A stretch of DNA of 60,244 nt. It comes from Myxococcota bacterium. Its GTDB lineage: Bacteria > Myxococcota_A > Polyangia > DRWM01. This document shows, piece after piece, positions 48,146 through 56,713 of this stretch; position 1 is the first letter of the stretch, and each line of letters opens with the position of its first letter. The stretch covers positions 1-60,244 of the forward strand of contig JBFYZU010000055.1 of assembly GCA_041309365.1 (NCBI GenBank), written 5' to 3'. The notes beneath the pieces were generated by a model. That model was not told the origin of the DNA and did not search any database. It saw nothing but the letters and a program-made list of their open reading frames with translations. A program made the translations under genes and the position numbers.

Positions 48146-49332
48146 GCAGGCACCGCTGCCACGAACAGGGTTGCATCCCCCTCGATCCCGTATCCCGGGA
48201 TCGAAGCTGGCACGAGCACGCACTGTCCCCTGTCCAGGTGGATCACCTGCTCGAAAGCGCGGACCAGCGCCGCTCCTCTTGCGCAAAAGAGGATCTGCGC
48301 CGATCCGGTGGAGCCGCTGCGATGTGCCCGTTTCCGGTCGATGGTCAGCACCTTGAGCTCGAACTCGGTCGCGGGGCACTCGTACACGATCTCCGTGTCG
48401 CTTCTCCTGAGACCATCCAGCGGTCGTTGGGGGCTCGGCAGGGGGTCGAGCACGGCGAAAAGCTCCAGGGTGTCCACGTGCTTGGTGGTCAGCCCACCCC
48501 TGAGCACGTTGTCCGAGCTTGCCATGATCTCGATCCCGGTTCCCTCCAGATAGGCGTGGAGGGTGCGAGCGGGCAAGAACATCGCCTGTCCGGGACGAAG
48601 GGCGACGACGTTGAGGATCAACGGGGCGAGAACCCCCGCGTCCAGAGGGTGCAGGTCGGCGAGCCGGCTCACCCATGACAGGGCCTCCTGGTCGGCCGTC
48701 CTTCTTTCCCCGATTGCCCGTCGCACATCGTCCACCAGGGCCGTACGCTCTTTAGGTCCTGCCCCGAGCAGCTGGCGAAACAGCAGGCTCGACAAGCATT
48801 CCTCGCCGGCGAGCGGAGCGACGCGCCTCGTCCAGGAGTCCACGCCCAGCGATCCAGCCAGGTCGAGGACGCTTGAAGCCGGCCTGAAGCCGCACAGGGC
48901 CTGAAACGGGGTCAAGGCACAGATGAGCTCGGGCTTGTGCCCCAGGTCGCGGTAGTTGCGTCGCGGGTCGCCGCGAGGGATCCCGAGCCGCTCCTCTCGT
49001 TGAAAACCCACCCGGGCCCGTGCGGCGTCCGGGTGCGCCTGGATGGACAGAGGAACCCGGGCCGCGAGGACCTTCATCAAAAATGGCAGCTGTCCACCGA
49101 AGCGCGCCACCGTGGATGCGCCCAGCACCCCCTCGGGATCACGTCGGATCCACTCGTCGAGAGGCACCTTCTGCCCGTCGGCGATCACCAGCGAGGGAGA
49201 CGAAGGATGCGCGCCCATCCACATCTCTGCTTCCGGGCTGGCGCTTGCCCTGCCCAAAAGCTCGGCGATGGCCGTGTGCGACCCCCAAGCGTAGGGCATG
49301 ATGGGATTTTCGAGAAGGTGGATCCGGCCCAT
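48133..49332 (-). CDS. manA: mannose-6-phosphate isomerase, class I
   Basis: PYAWGS, EMWMGAHP, LPFLMKVL, LSIQAHPD, NYRDLGHKPE and SDNVLRGGLT are collinear with E. coli ManA. Confidence 0.9.
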   Translation of the reverse strand: MGRIHLLENPIMPYAWGSHTAIAELLGRASASPEAEMWMGAHPSSPSLVIADGQKVPLDEWIRRDPEGVLGASTVARFGGQLPFLMKVLAARVPLSIQAHPDAARARVGFQREERLGIPRGDPRRNYRDLGHKPELICALTPFQALCGFRPASSVLDLAGSLGVDSWTRRVAPLAGEECLSSLLFRQLLGAGPKERTALVDDVRRAIGERRTADQEALSWVSRLADLHPLDAGVLAPLILNVVALRPGQAMFLPARTLHAYLEGTGIEIMASSDNVLRGGLTTKHVDTLELFAVLDPLPSPQRPLDGLRRSDTEIVYECPATEFELKVLTIDRKRAHRSGSTGSAQILFCARGAALVRAFEQVIHLDRGQCVLVPASIPGYGIEGDATLFVAAVPAQRS

Positions 49333-49373
49333 GGCGGGAGGTTTTGAAGGCCTGACTTCGGGAGGTCTGGTGG

Positions 49374-50066
49374 TCACTCCTCGGCTGGAGCCTCCCCTTC
49401 GTCGGTCGGTGTTTCCTGCTCCTCCGCGGGCATCTGCTCGGGTTCGCCCGTGTCGGCGCGCTCCCAGAAGTCCACCTTGCCGTCACCATCGGTATCGTAG
49501 CCTATGCGCAGCAGATTGCCCTGCTCGTCGAAGTGCTGCCACTCGTCCTTGTCACCGTCACCGTTGCGGTCGCGTTCGCTCGACTTGAGCTGGCCTTCCT
49601 GGTAGTAGTTCCACTTGTCGACCTTGCCGTCGTAGTTGGTGTCGTATTCGCTCCGTATGATCTTGCCGTCCTCGAAGTAGAGGATGACGTCGATTATCCC
49701 GTCGAAGTCCATGTCCATCTCGTGACGCAGTGGACGGCCCTCATCGGAGAAGTAGCGGATGATGTCCTTCTTGCCGTCGAAGTTCAGGTCGGTCTCCTTG
49801 CACACCATGATCTCCGTCTCTATGCCGTGCTTGTCCACCATGGCGTAGACCGTCCGTACATCCGTGACCCCGTCGTTGTTCAGGTCGGCGATCTCGACCC
49901 TGTGACCCTCGTCGCCGCAGCGCGACTCACCCTCCTCCACTGCAGCCGTGGCTCCCTTGAGCTTCGTGGGAGTGGTCGACACTCCCGTCGCGGCCTTCGG
50001 CTTGTCCCCGCAGCCAGCCAAGACAGCCACGCACGCCACGGTGTAAACGCCTCTTGTCGTGATCAT
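49374..50066 (-). CDS. acidic lipoprotein with six DxDxDG calcium-binding-type loops
   Basis: Lipobox VLAGC. The loops are DLNNDGVTD, DLNFDGKKD, DMDFDGIID, DTNYDGKVD, DRNGDGDKD and DTDGDGKVD. Confidence 0.7.
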   Translation of the reverse strand: MITTRGVYTVACVAVLAGCGDKPKAATGVSTTPTKLKGATAAVEEGESRCGDEGHRVEIADLNNDGVTDVRTVYAMVDKHGIETEIMVCKETDLNFDGKKDIIRYFSDEGRPLRHEMDMDFDGIIDVILYFEDGKIIRSEYDTNYDGKVDKWNYYQEGQLKSSERDRNGDGDKDEWQHFDEQGNLLRIGYDTDGDGKVDFWERADTGEPEQMPAEEQETPTDEGEAPAEE

Positions 50067-50186
50067 GTGCGCACCTCTTTGGGCCCGCCCCATCCCGGTT
50101 CGAAGCCCCGTTCGGCGTGACGGACGTGATTGACTCTAGTGAAACTCCGGTTTCGAAGCAAGGATCCTCGGTTCACGTGTCACAGG

Positions 50187-52316
50187 TCACGAAGCCGCGA
50201 TCTTGCGCGTGTCCTCCGTGATCTGGGGCGACGGTGGCAAGAGCACCGTGAAGGTGGAGCCCCGCCCTTCCGCGCTCTCCACCTCGAGTGCCCCGCCGGC
50301 CTCCCTGACGATGCGGTGGCTGATGGCCAGACCCAGGCCCGTGCCGTTCTCCTTGGTGGTGTAGAAGGGAATGAAGATCTTGGGCATGACGTGCGATGGG
50401 ATGCCACGGCCGCGGTCCCTGAACGCTATCTCGACGAAGTCTCGTACCCTGTCCCTCTCGAACTCGCCCCAGTAGGCGCGCCGCTGCACGAGCCGGCTGG
50501 TCACCTCGACCTTCTTGCCTTCCGTCGTGGCGTCGAGGGCGTTGATGAGCAGGTTCCAGAACACCTGCCCGAGCTTCTCGTCGCTCACCCGGACGGGCGG
50601 CAGGTTCTCGCCCAGGCCGAGCACGACCTTCTGTCCGTCCTGTGCGTCCTCCATCTCGACGAGCTTGAGGGTGCGCTGCAGGATGGTGTTCACGGAGCTT
50701 GGTTCGGGGTCCTCCCGGGCCGGTCGGGCGTAGTCCAGAAACGAGCTCACGACCCTGTTGAGCCGGTTGACCTCCTGGATGATCACGTCGAGAAACTCGT
50801 GATCCCTGCTGCTGCTCCACGCATCCTCGCCGCCGGGTGACTCGGCCGTGAGATACTGCACCGCCGCCTTGATGGAGCCAAGTGGATTGCGTATCTCGTG
50901 GGCGAGGCCAGCGCTCATCTCGCCGATGGCCGCCAGCCTGTCGCGCTCCTTGATGCGCTCGTAGGCACGGGAGTTCTCCACCTCCACCGCGATGAAGCCG
51001 CTCAGGCTCCGCAGGAGCCTCAGGTCCTCGGGTGAGTAGGCCTCCGTGAGCCTGTCGTCGCGCACTCCCATCAAGCCGAAGGTGTGGTCTCCCTCGCGCA
51101 CGGCGAAGACCACGTCCGCCCCCATGTCCTCCATGACCTGCAGCATCGACTCCAGGGCCGGCTCCGTGCCTCGCTCGTCTCCGCCCCTCGCGGCTCTGAG
51201 ATCCCGCCTGAGGCCCGAGGCCAGGACCTGCCCCTCCTTGACCAGCCGTTCCATGAGCCCCCTGACCCTCGCCACGTCCAGATCCGTCACCGTGGGCTGG
51301 GCCAGTGAAGCCCGGAGCACGAACTTCTGGCCCTCCGTATCCAGAAGGTACAGGCTCGCCTGGGTCATGCGCCCGCTCTTCTTGAGCCCTTCCATGAGCA
51401 CTGCGCCTATCTCGTTGAGAGCGAAGGTGCGACCGATGCGCCTGCGCGTCTCCTCTATCGTGTTCTCGAAGTCGAACCGTTCCTTGAGGAAGAAAGTCCC
51501 GATACGTTGCTCCACCCAGGCACGCAACGGGTCGAACACGATGAGGATCACGAACGCGGCGGCCATGGCATTGACGAAGAAGATCGTGGAAGTGGGGTTG
51601 AGCTTGACCAGTCCCCAGAAGATACCAGCCAGGACGAGTGCCAGCGCCACGAGGATCGTCAGGCGACCCAGAAGCTCGTAGAGGTCCAGGAGCCTGAACT
51701 GGAACAGGGCCTGCGACAGGATGTAGAGGAATATGGCCGTGAGCACCGGTCCCATGGGCGGGAAGGCCACTCCCACGTATGGCAAGAAGTCGGCCAGCGA
51801 CATGGTGGCTGCCATGGTCCCTCCCACCACCAGGTACAGGATGCGCGTAGATTCCACCCGGCTCTGGACCATGCGCGAGCGCGAATAGAGGTAGTACACG
51901 CTCGCGTACAGCATGCTGGCCACGTACACGAGCACGACGAGCCCCGACCAGAACCTTGGCATGAACGGTGGCACCGTGGCCGTGGCCACGACGACTGTGC
52001 CCGCGATGGAGAACACGGCCAGCCTCGAGCGTCTCCTCTTCAAGGCCCCCACGAACGCCCTGAAGAACTCCAGGGCGCCCTGCGGTACGAGCACAGCTGC
52101 CAGCAATGTGCCGCGGAAGAGCACCTCCCCTTCTCCGAATGCATGATAGAGAAACTGCATCAAGAAGTGCACGCCCACCGTGATGGTGAACACGAGAAAC
52201 AGGTTCTCCCTGCGCGTCTTCTCGGCCCTGAGCGATACGGATACGACGATGGCCGTGGTGAAGATGAAGCCCAGAAGCGAGCTCTGGAGCATCGGGTTGA
52301 GGCTCAGAGGTGCCAT
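50187..52316 (-). CDS. sensor histidine kinase (multi-TM N-terminal domain, GAF-like, HisKA, HATPase)
   Basis: About 8 hydrophobic helices, the H-box AGLAHEIRNPL, and N/G boxes (NLLINALDA, DRGRGI, GTGLGL). Confidence 0.85.
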   Translation of the reverse strand: MAPLSLNPMLQSSLLGFIFTTAIVVSVSLRAEKTRRENLFLVFTITVGVHFLMQFLYHAFGEGEVLFRGTLLAAVLVPQGALEFFRAFVGALKRRRSRLAVFSIAGTVVVATATVPPFMPRFWSGLVVLVYVASMLYASVYYLYSRSRMVQSRVESTRILYLVVGGTMAATMSLADFLPYVGVAFPPMGPVLTAIFLYILSQALFQFRLLDLYELLGRLTILVALALVLAGIFWGLVKLNPTSTIFFVNAMAAAFVILIVFDPLRAWVEQRIGTFFLKERFDFENTIEETRRRIGRTFALNEIGAVLMEGLKKSGRMTQASLYLLDTEGQKFVLRASLAQPTVTDLDVARVRGLMERLVKEGQVLASGLRRDLRAARGGDERGTEPALESMLQVMEDMGADVVFAVREGDHTFGLMGVRDDRLTEAYSPEDLRLLRSLSGFIAVEVENSRAYERIKERDRLAAIGEMSAGLAHEIRNPLGSIKAAVQYLTAESPGGEDAWSSSRDHEFLDVIIQEVNRLNRVVSSFLDYARPAREDPEPSSVNTILQRTLKLVEMEDAQDGQKVVLGLGENLPPVRVSDEKLGQVFWNLLINALDATTEGKKVEVTSRLVQRRAYWGEFERDRVRDFVEIAFRDRGRGIPSHVMPKIFIPFYTTKENGTGLGLAISHRIVREAGGALEVESAEGRGSTFTVLLPPSPQITEDTRKIAAS

Positions 52317-52382
52317 GCTGACCAGAGTCTGTCACGCACTGCACCGTGCGATCAAGGTTAAGGGCGAGGTCGGTGGGGGGCG

Positions 52383-52946
52383 TCAGTCGGCCGAAGATGG
52401 GTTGGTGGGCGGGTTATCCGGGCTGGGGCTGGGCTTGGTTCCAGGCAGGGGTGTGCCCGGAGTCACCGTCGTGGAGGAGGCCGTGCCGATCTTCACGTTC
52501 GTGCCCAGGGCGGGCTGCGGGTTGGGATCCGTCTCGGCGTCGCCGGGTGTGTCCGGGGTCTGTATCATCATTGGCACGAGACCCTGGAGATCGTCGGGCT
52601 CCTGTGTCGTCTCGACGGCACCGATCTCGTCGATGTAGGTGTCCTCGATGCTCGCGAGCTCGGCTGCGATGCTCTCCATCGTGTCGATGCACAGCGGGTA
52701 GTCGTCCTCCACGAGAAGCGCCAGCCCCTCGCCGTCACGCAACGAGAGCACCGCGAGGTTGCCATCCACTGTCCCGGCCACCCGGTGACAGCTCTGCGCT
52801 GCCCCCAGCTGGACCGCGTCGATGACCGTCATCCCGGCGTAGGCCTCTTCTGCGTCCATCCCGGAAGTCTCCTCGAGACCGCAGGCTGCCAGGGCGAGCA
52901 ACCCTCCGAGCATCACGCCGAGCATCATCGGCTTCTTGACAATCAT
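52383..52946 (-). CDS. acidic lipoprotein with Pro/Thr-rich tail
   Basis: GAGGAG RBS overlaps the upstream stop. Lipobox LALAAC. No family recognised. Confidence 0.6.
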   Translation of the reverse strand: MIVKKPMMLGVMLGGLLALAACGLEETSGMDAEEAYAGMTVIDAVQLGAAQSCHRVAGTVDGNLAVLSLRDGEGLALLVEDDYPLCIDTMESIAAELASIEDTYIDEIGAVETTQEPDDLQGLVPMMIQTPDTPGDAETDPNPQPALGTNVKIGTASSTTVTPGTPLPGTKPSPSPDNPPTNPSSAD

Positions 52947-52950
52947 GACT

Positions 52951-55900
52951 TCACTCCTCGGCCGGCATGGCATCCTTGCAGATGCCGTAGAATTTCACGA
53001 GCTGGGAAAGCCTTGGCCGCTTCATCCCCAAAAGCCCAGCAGCTCTCGTGATGTTCCCATCGCTCTCGTCGAGGGCTGCCTCGATGCAGCGGCGCTCGAT
53101 CTCCTTCTTGAACTGCGGCAAGCTCACCGCACCCAGGAGCACCTGGCTCATGTCCACGCTTCCGGGTTCGACCGGCTCGTCCGGATTCGATGCAGGCTCC
53201 CTGTCGATAACCTTCGATGACGGGCTTTTATTTCCGCCCTCGACGTATGGCTCGAGCTCGCGCTGTGTCACCAGGCCTCCGTCCGCGAACAGGACCGCCG
53301 AGCGGATGGTGTTCTCGAGCTCACGCACGTTGCCGGGCCAGCCCACCTCGCCAAGCCACCTCATGGCGCCCTGGCTGAAGCGCACCTTCTCGGACGGGAG
53401 GCGGAACTCCGAGCATATGGCCCTGAGCATGTGATCCACCAGAAGGGGAAGATCCGAGAGGCGCTCCCTGAGAGGAGGCAGGGTCACGCGCATGCCCTGC
53501 AGCCTGTAGAACAGGTCCTTGCGGAAGCGGCCTTGCGCAACTGCCTGCCTGAGGTCACGGTTGGTCGCAGCGATGATGCGCACGTCCACGTTCACGGGCT
53601 CCCTGCCCCCGACCCGGTAGATCATGCGATCCTGCAGCACCCTGAGCAGGCTGACCTGCGTGGTGGGCGAGATGTCTCCGATCTCGTCCAGAAACAGGGT
53701 CCCTCCCGATGCCGACTCGAACCAGCCCCGCCGCCTGCGAACGGCGCCGGTGAAGGCCCCCCTCTCGTGGCCGAACAGCTCGCTCTGGAGCAGGTTCTCG
53801 ACGAAGGAGGCGCAGTTGATCTTGATGAGGGGGCGATCCGATCGGGCACTCAGGGCATGTATGGCCTCTGCCACGAGCTCCTTGCCTGTCCCGCTCTCGC
53901 CCTCGATGAGCACCAGATCGTCCAGCGGGGCCACCCTGCGGATGGCCCGGTAGACCACCTGCATGGGCTCGCTCACGCCCACGAGCCTGGGATGCGGCGA
54001 CATCGTGATCGGATCGACGGCACCCTTTGCCTGGTGCCCGGGCTGAGCCCCGCGATCCCGCTCGATGGCGCGTGCCCTCATCTGGAGCGTCCCCAGCTTG
54101 CGACGGATTGGGCTCGCGTCGAAGCTCGCACGGAACCTCTCTGGCACGCGCGAGCGGATGACGGTGTTCAGCTCGTTCGCCCTGTCCAGGTGCTGCTTCG
54201 CGAAGATGGTGTCGCCGCGGTCCAGCTCCATCTCCGAGAGCGCGTACAGGGCCTCCAGCTCTCCCTCGAGATCGCCGCTGGCATGCAACGACTCGAGGGC
54301 GGTCACGAGTATCGGCTCGGCCTCCTTGCCTGTGGCCCGTGCCAGGCACCCGGACACGAGGTTCAACCTGGCACCCATGCGCACGTCGTCCGATGCCAGA
54401 GGCGCGCTTTTCGAGAGCAGCTCCCGTGCCCTTTCCGTGTGGTTCAGCTCCAGGCAGCAGCTCGCCTGCCAGATGAGCGCCTCTGCCATGTGATGGCGAT
54501 CCCGGAGACTGGCGAACAGCTTCGATGCCTGGTCGAAGGAGGCCTCGGCCAGGCCGCGGTCGCCCAGCATCAGGTGGATGCGGCCGTCCAGGAGCAGACC
54601 CTCTGCCTCCACCTGGGACACGGGGTAGTCCGCGCCCTGATGGCGTGCGTAACGCCGCGTGGCCATTGCCCTCTCGACGTCGCCGAAGCGCAGGTAGATC
54701 TCGCCCAGGTTGTTGGCGATGCGCGACAGGTACTCGGGGTTGTCCAGGTAGCGCAGCAGGGTGAAGGCCTTGCGGTAGTGCTCCATGGCCTCGGCATAGT
54801 CGCGTAGCATGTGATGCACGGTGGCGAGGTTCTCGTGGGCGATGGCCTCCTCGCGGTAGAACCCCTCCCGGGCGGCCTCGTCACGGGCCTCGATGAACAG
54901 CTTCTCGGCGCTGGCGTGGTGAAGGAGCCTCATTCGCGCGATGCCGGCATTGATCCTTGCCACGACCGCGTGCCGCTTCAGCCCCTCTGCCTGGGCCTTC
55001 TCGATGTTCATCCTGAAGATGCGCTCGGCCTCTGCGTAGGAGCCCCGGGCCAGGTAGACCTTGCCGTGGGTGTTGGCCAGGCGCAGACGGTCGTCCATGG
55101 ATAGAGGTGTCGAGGACGCGAGCTCGCGGCAGAGGCCGATGGCCTCTTCCATGTTGCCACGCACGTACTCCACCTCGGCGAGCACTGCCCGGAGCCTGTC
55201 CGTGAGGGTCCGAGAGGCACAGCCCGAGCCCAGGCTCTCTATGATGGCCTCCTGGGCCTCCTGCGGCCTGCCCGCATTGAGCAGGCTGCGTGCAAGAAGC
55301 AGCTCGTCCTCGGAGCTCCGGCGCGCGCGCGGGATGGACTTGATGCAGGCCGCCGCATCGAGGGGCCGCCCGGCCGCGGCCTCGAGCCGTGCGAGCAGCC
55401 GTCGAAGCCTCATCGCCTCGGTGCGGTGGTCCCGGTTTCCCGTGAGGATCTCGATGCTGTCCACGAGCATCTCACGCGTCTCGGCATGACGGCGAGCTGC
55501 CATGAGCGCGTCGACGGCACAGGATGAGTGACGGATGACGCTGGCCGGATCCTGCAACCCCAGCGCATGCCGGAGCCGGGCCACGAAGATGGCAGGCTCG
55601 TCTGGCCGGGCGTCGAAAATTGGCAGCAACCTCTCGTGATATCTCCTGAGCTCGGCTTGCGGCAGGGTTCCGGGATCGGGCAGTCCGGCCGGAGAAACGT
55701 CCAGCAGAGCGAGCGTTGCTCCTGGGCCGCGGCCGCTGCGCTCGATGCCGATGCCCGACGAGGAGAGCCTCTCCGTGATTCCCGCCCCGGCCAGGTGTTC
55801 CATCTCGGTGAGGCGCAGGGGAAGCGCGGCGAGCTGCATGTAGCGCACGGCCCGAATGATCTCCACCGGCAGCTTGCGGCGCTCCAGCACCGTGGCCGTC

Positions 55901-56454
55901 CTGCCCTGTCCGGGGTCGTAACGGAACGTGCCCGGATGCCGGGCGAGCTTGTCTGCCATGGGCCCCCGAACGTCCATGGCCACCACCACGGCCCTCAACC
56001 CCGGGCTCTCGCCGAAGGGGAAATCCTCCACGGCCGTGTCCAGGAGCATCTCCACGAGCAAGCGTGTGCCGTCATCCGTGTGCTCGATGTCGCTGACGAA
56101 CAGGATCACGGGGTCGGCGCCGTTGCCATCCAGGCTGTGCAGTTGCCGTCGCAGGGTGTCGAGCAGCTGCTCTCTTTGCTTCTCCACGAACAGTGCGTCG
56201 TGGGCTTGCGCAAGCTCCGGTCTCACGAACGAGCCGGACAACAGCTCTACCGCGGGAATCGCTCCAGCACCATCGATGTTCAGCACTTTGAGCCCGCGGC
56301 CCGTCATGCGGCGGTTCAGGGTGCGGAACAGCTCTCGGCCCTTGCCCCGAGAATCGTCTCCCAGAAGCAGGAGACGTGCCCCGGCGGTCAGCTCGAGAGC
56401 CTCCTTCGACCAGTCGGCAATCTCGACCGGCAAGGTCTGGGTGGATGACGTCAT
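52951..56454 (-). CDS. sigma-54-dependent transcriptional activator with N-terminal P-loop/TPR sensor region and no receiver domain
   Basis: aa ~823-1060 carry GESGTGKE, GAFTGA, LFLDEIG and RELEN. A Fis-type HTH sits at the C-terminus. aa 1-820 carry the Walker-A-like GDDSRGKG, hhhhD (ILFVSDIE) and many TPR-like repeats. Confidence 0.85.
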   Translation of the reverse strand: MTSSTQTLPVEIADWSKEALELTAGARLLLLGDDSRGKGRELFRTLNRRMTGRGLKVLNIDGAGAIPAVELLSGSFVRPELAQAHDALFVEKQREQLLDTLRRQLHSLDGNGADPVILFVSDIEHTDDGTRLLVEMLLDTAVEDFPFGESPGLRAVVVAMDVRGPMADKLARHPGTFRYDPGQGRTATVLERRKLPVEIIRAVRYMQLAALPLRLTEMEHLAGAGITERLSSSGIGIERSGRGPGATLALLDVSPAGLPDPGTLPQAELRRYHERLLPIFDARPDEPAIFVARLRHALGLQDPASVIRHSSCAVDALMAARRHAETREMLVDSIEILTGNRDHRTEAMRLRRLLARLEAAAGRPLDAAACIKSIPRARRSSEDELLLARSLLNAGRPQEAQEAIIESLGSGCASRTLTDRLRAVLAEVEYVRGNMEEAIGLCRELASSTPLSMDDRLRLANTHGKVYLARGSYAEAERIFRMNIEKAQAEGLKRHAVVARINAGIARMRLLHHASAEKLFIEARDEAAREGFYREEAIAHENLATVHHMLRDYAEAMEHYRKAFTLLRYLDNPEYLSRIANNLGEIYLRFGDVERAMATRRYARHQGADYPVSQVEAEGLLLDGRIHLMLGDRGLAEASFDQASKLFASLRDRHHMAEALIWQASCCLELNHTERARELLSKSAPLASDDVRMGARLNLVSGCLARATGKEAEPILVTALESLHASGDLEGELEALYALSEMELDRGDTIFAKQHLDRANELNTVIRSRVPERFRASFDASPIRRKLGTLQMRARAIERDRGAQPGHQAKGAVDPITMSPHPRLVGVSEPMQVVYRAIRRVAPLDDLVLIEGESGTGKELVAEAIHALSARSDRPLIKINCASFVENLLQSELFGHERGAFTGAVRRRRGWFESASGGTLFLDEIGDISPTTQVSLLRVLQDRMIYRVGGREPVNVDVRIIAATNRDLRQAVAQGRFRKDLFYRLQGMRVTLPPLRERLSDLPLLVDHMLRAICSEFRLPSEKVRFSQGAMRWLGEVGWPGNVRELENTIRSAVLFADGGLVTQRELEPYVEGGNKSPSSKVIDREPASNPDEPVEPGSVDMSQVLLGAVSLPQFKKEIERRCIEAALDESDGNITRAAGLLGMKRPRLSQLVKFYGICKDAMPAEE

Positions 56455-56678
56455 GTTGTCAGTTGATCATTTTAGACTAGATACCTCCACGATTCAATCG
56501 ATCGTTAATTATTTAGCGGTCCTCCGGGTGAAGACCGTTCGTCTTGGACGATCCTGATTTAATGGAATGTTTGGATATCGTCTCTGAATGGATCTGCAAC
56601 TCCACGGAAACACTCCAAGGACCATGGGCTGGGGAGCTGCCGCGTGCACGGCAGCTCGAGGGTCCACGTGCGGAGACA

Positions 56679-56707
56679 TTGCCAGTATCGTCGTGGTGCT
56701 GTAAATC
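56679..56707 (+). promoter_or_regulatory. candidate promoter TTGCCA-N17-TAAATC positioned for a leaderless sppA transcript
   Basis: Read directly. The -10 box ends 6 nt before ATG 56714, and no SD precedes that ATG. Confidence 0.25.
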
Positions 56708-56713
56708 TGCCTC

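Noticed and set aside
50095-50159. Two copies of CCGGTT(T)CGAAGC ~50 nt apart, upstream of the calcium-loop lipoprotein.
   Set aside because: The copies are short and imperfect, with no clear dyad partner or promoter context. They could be chance.
56669-56684. Sigma-54-like GG-N10-GC element (TGGCAA-N5-CCGCA) on the minus strand upstream of the activator gene.
   Set aside because: The -12 box is weak. The element would need a ~215-nt leader, and its upstream activator region would lie inside sppA. It also overlaps the candidate sppA -35 box. The evidence is insufficient.
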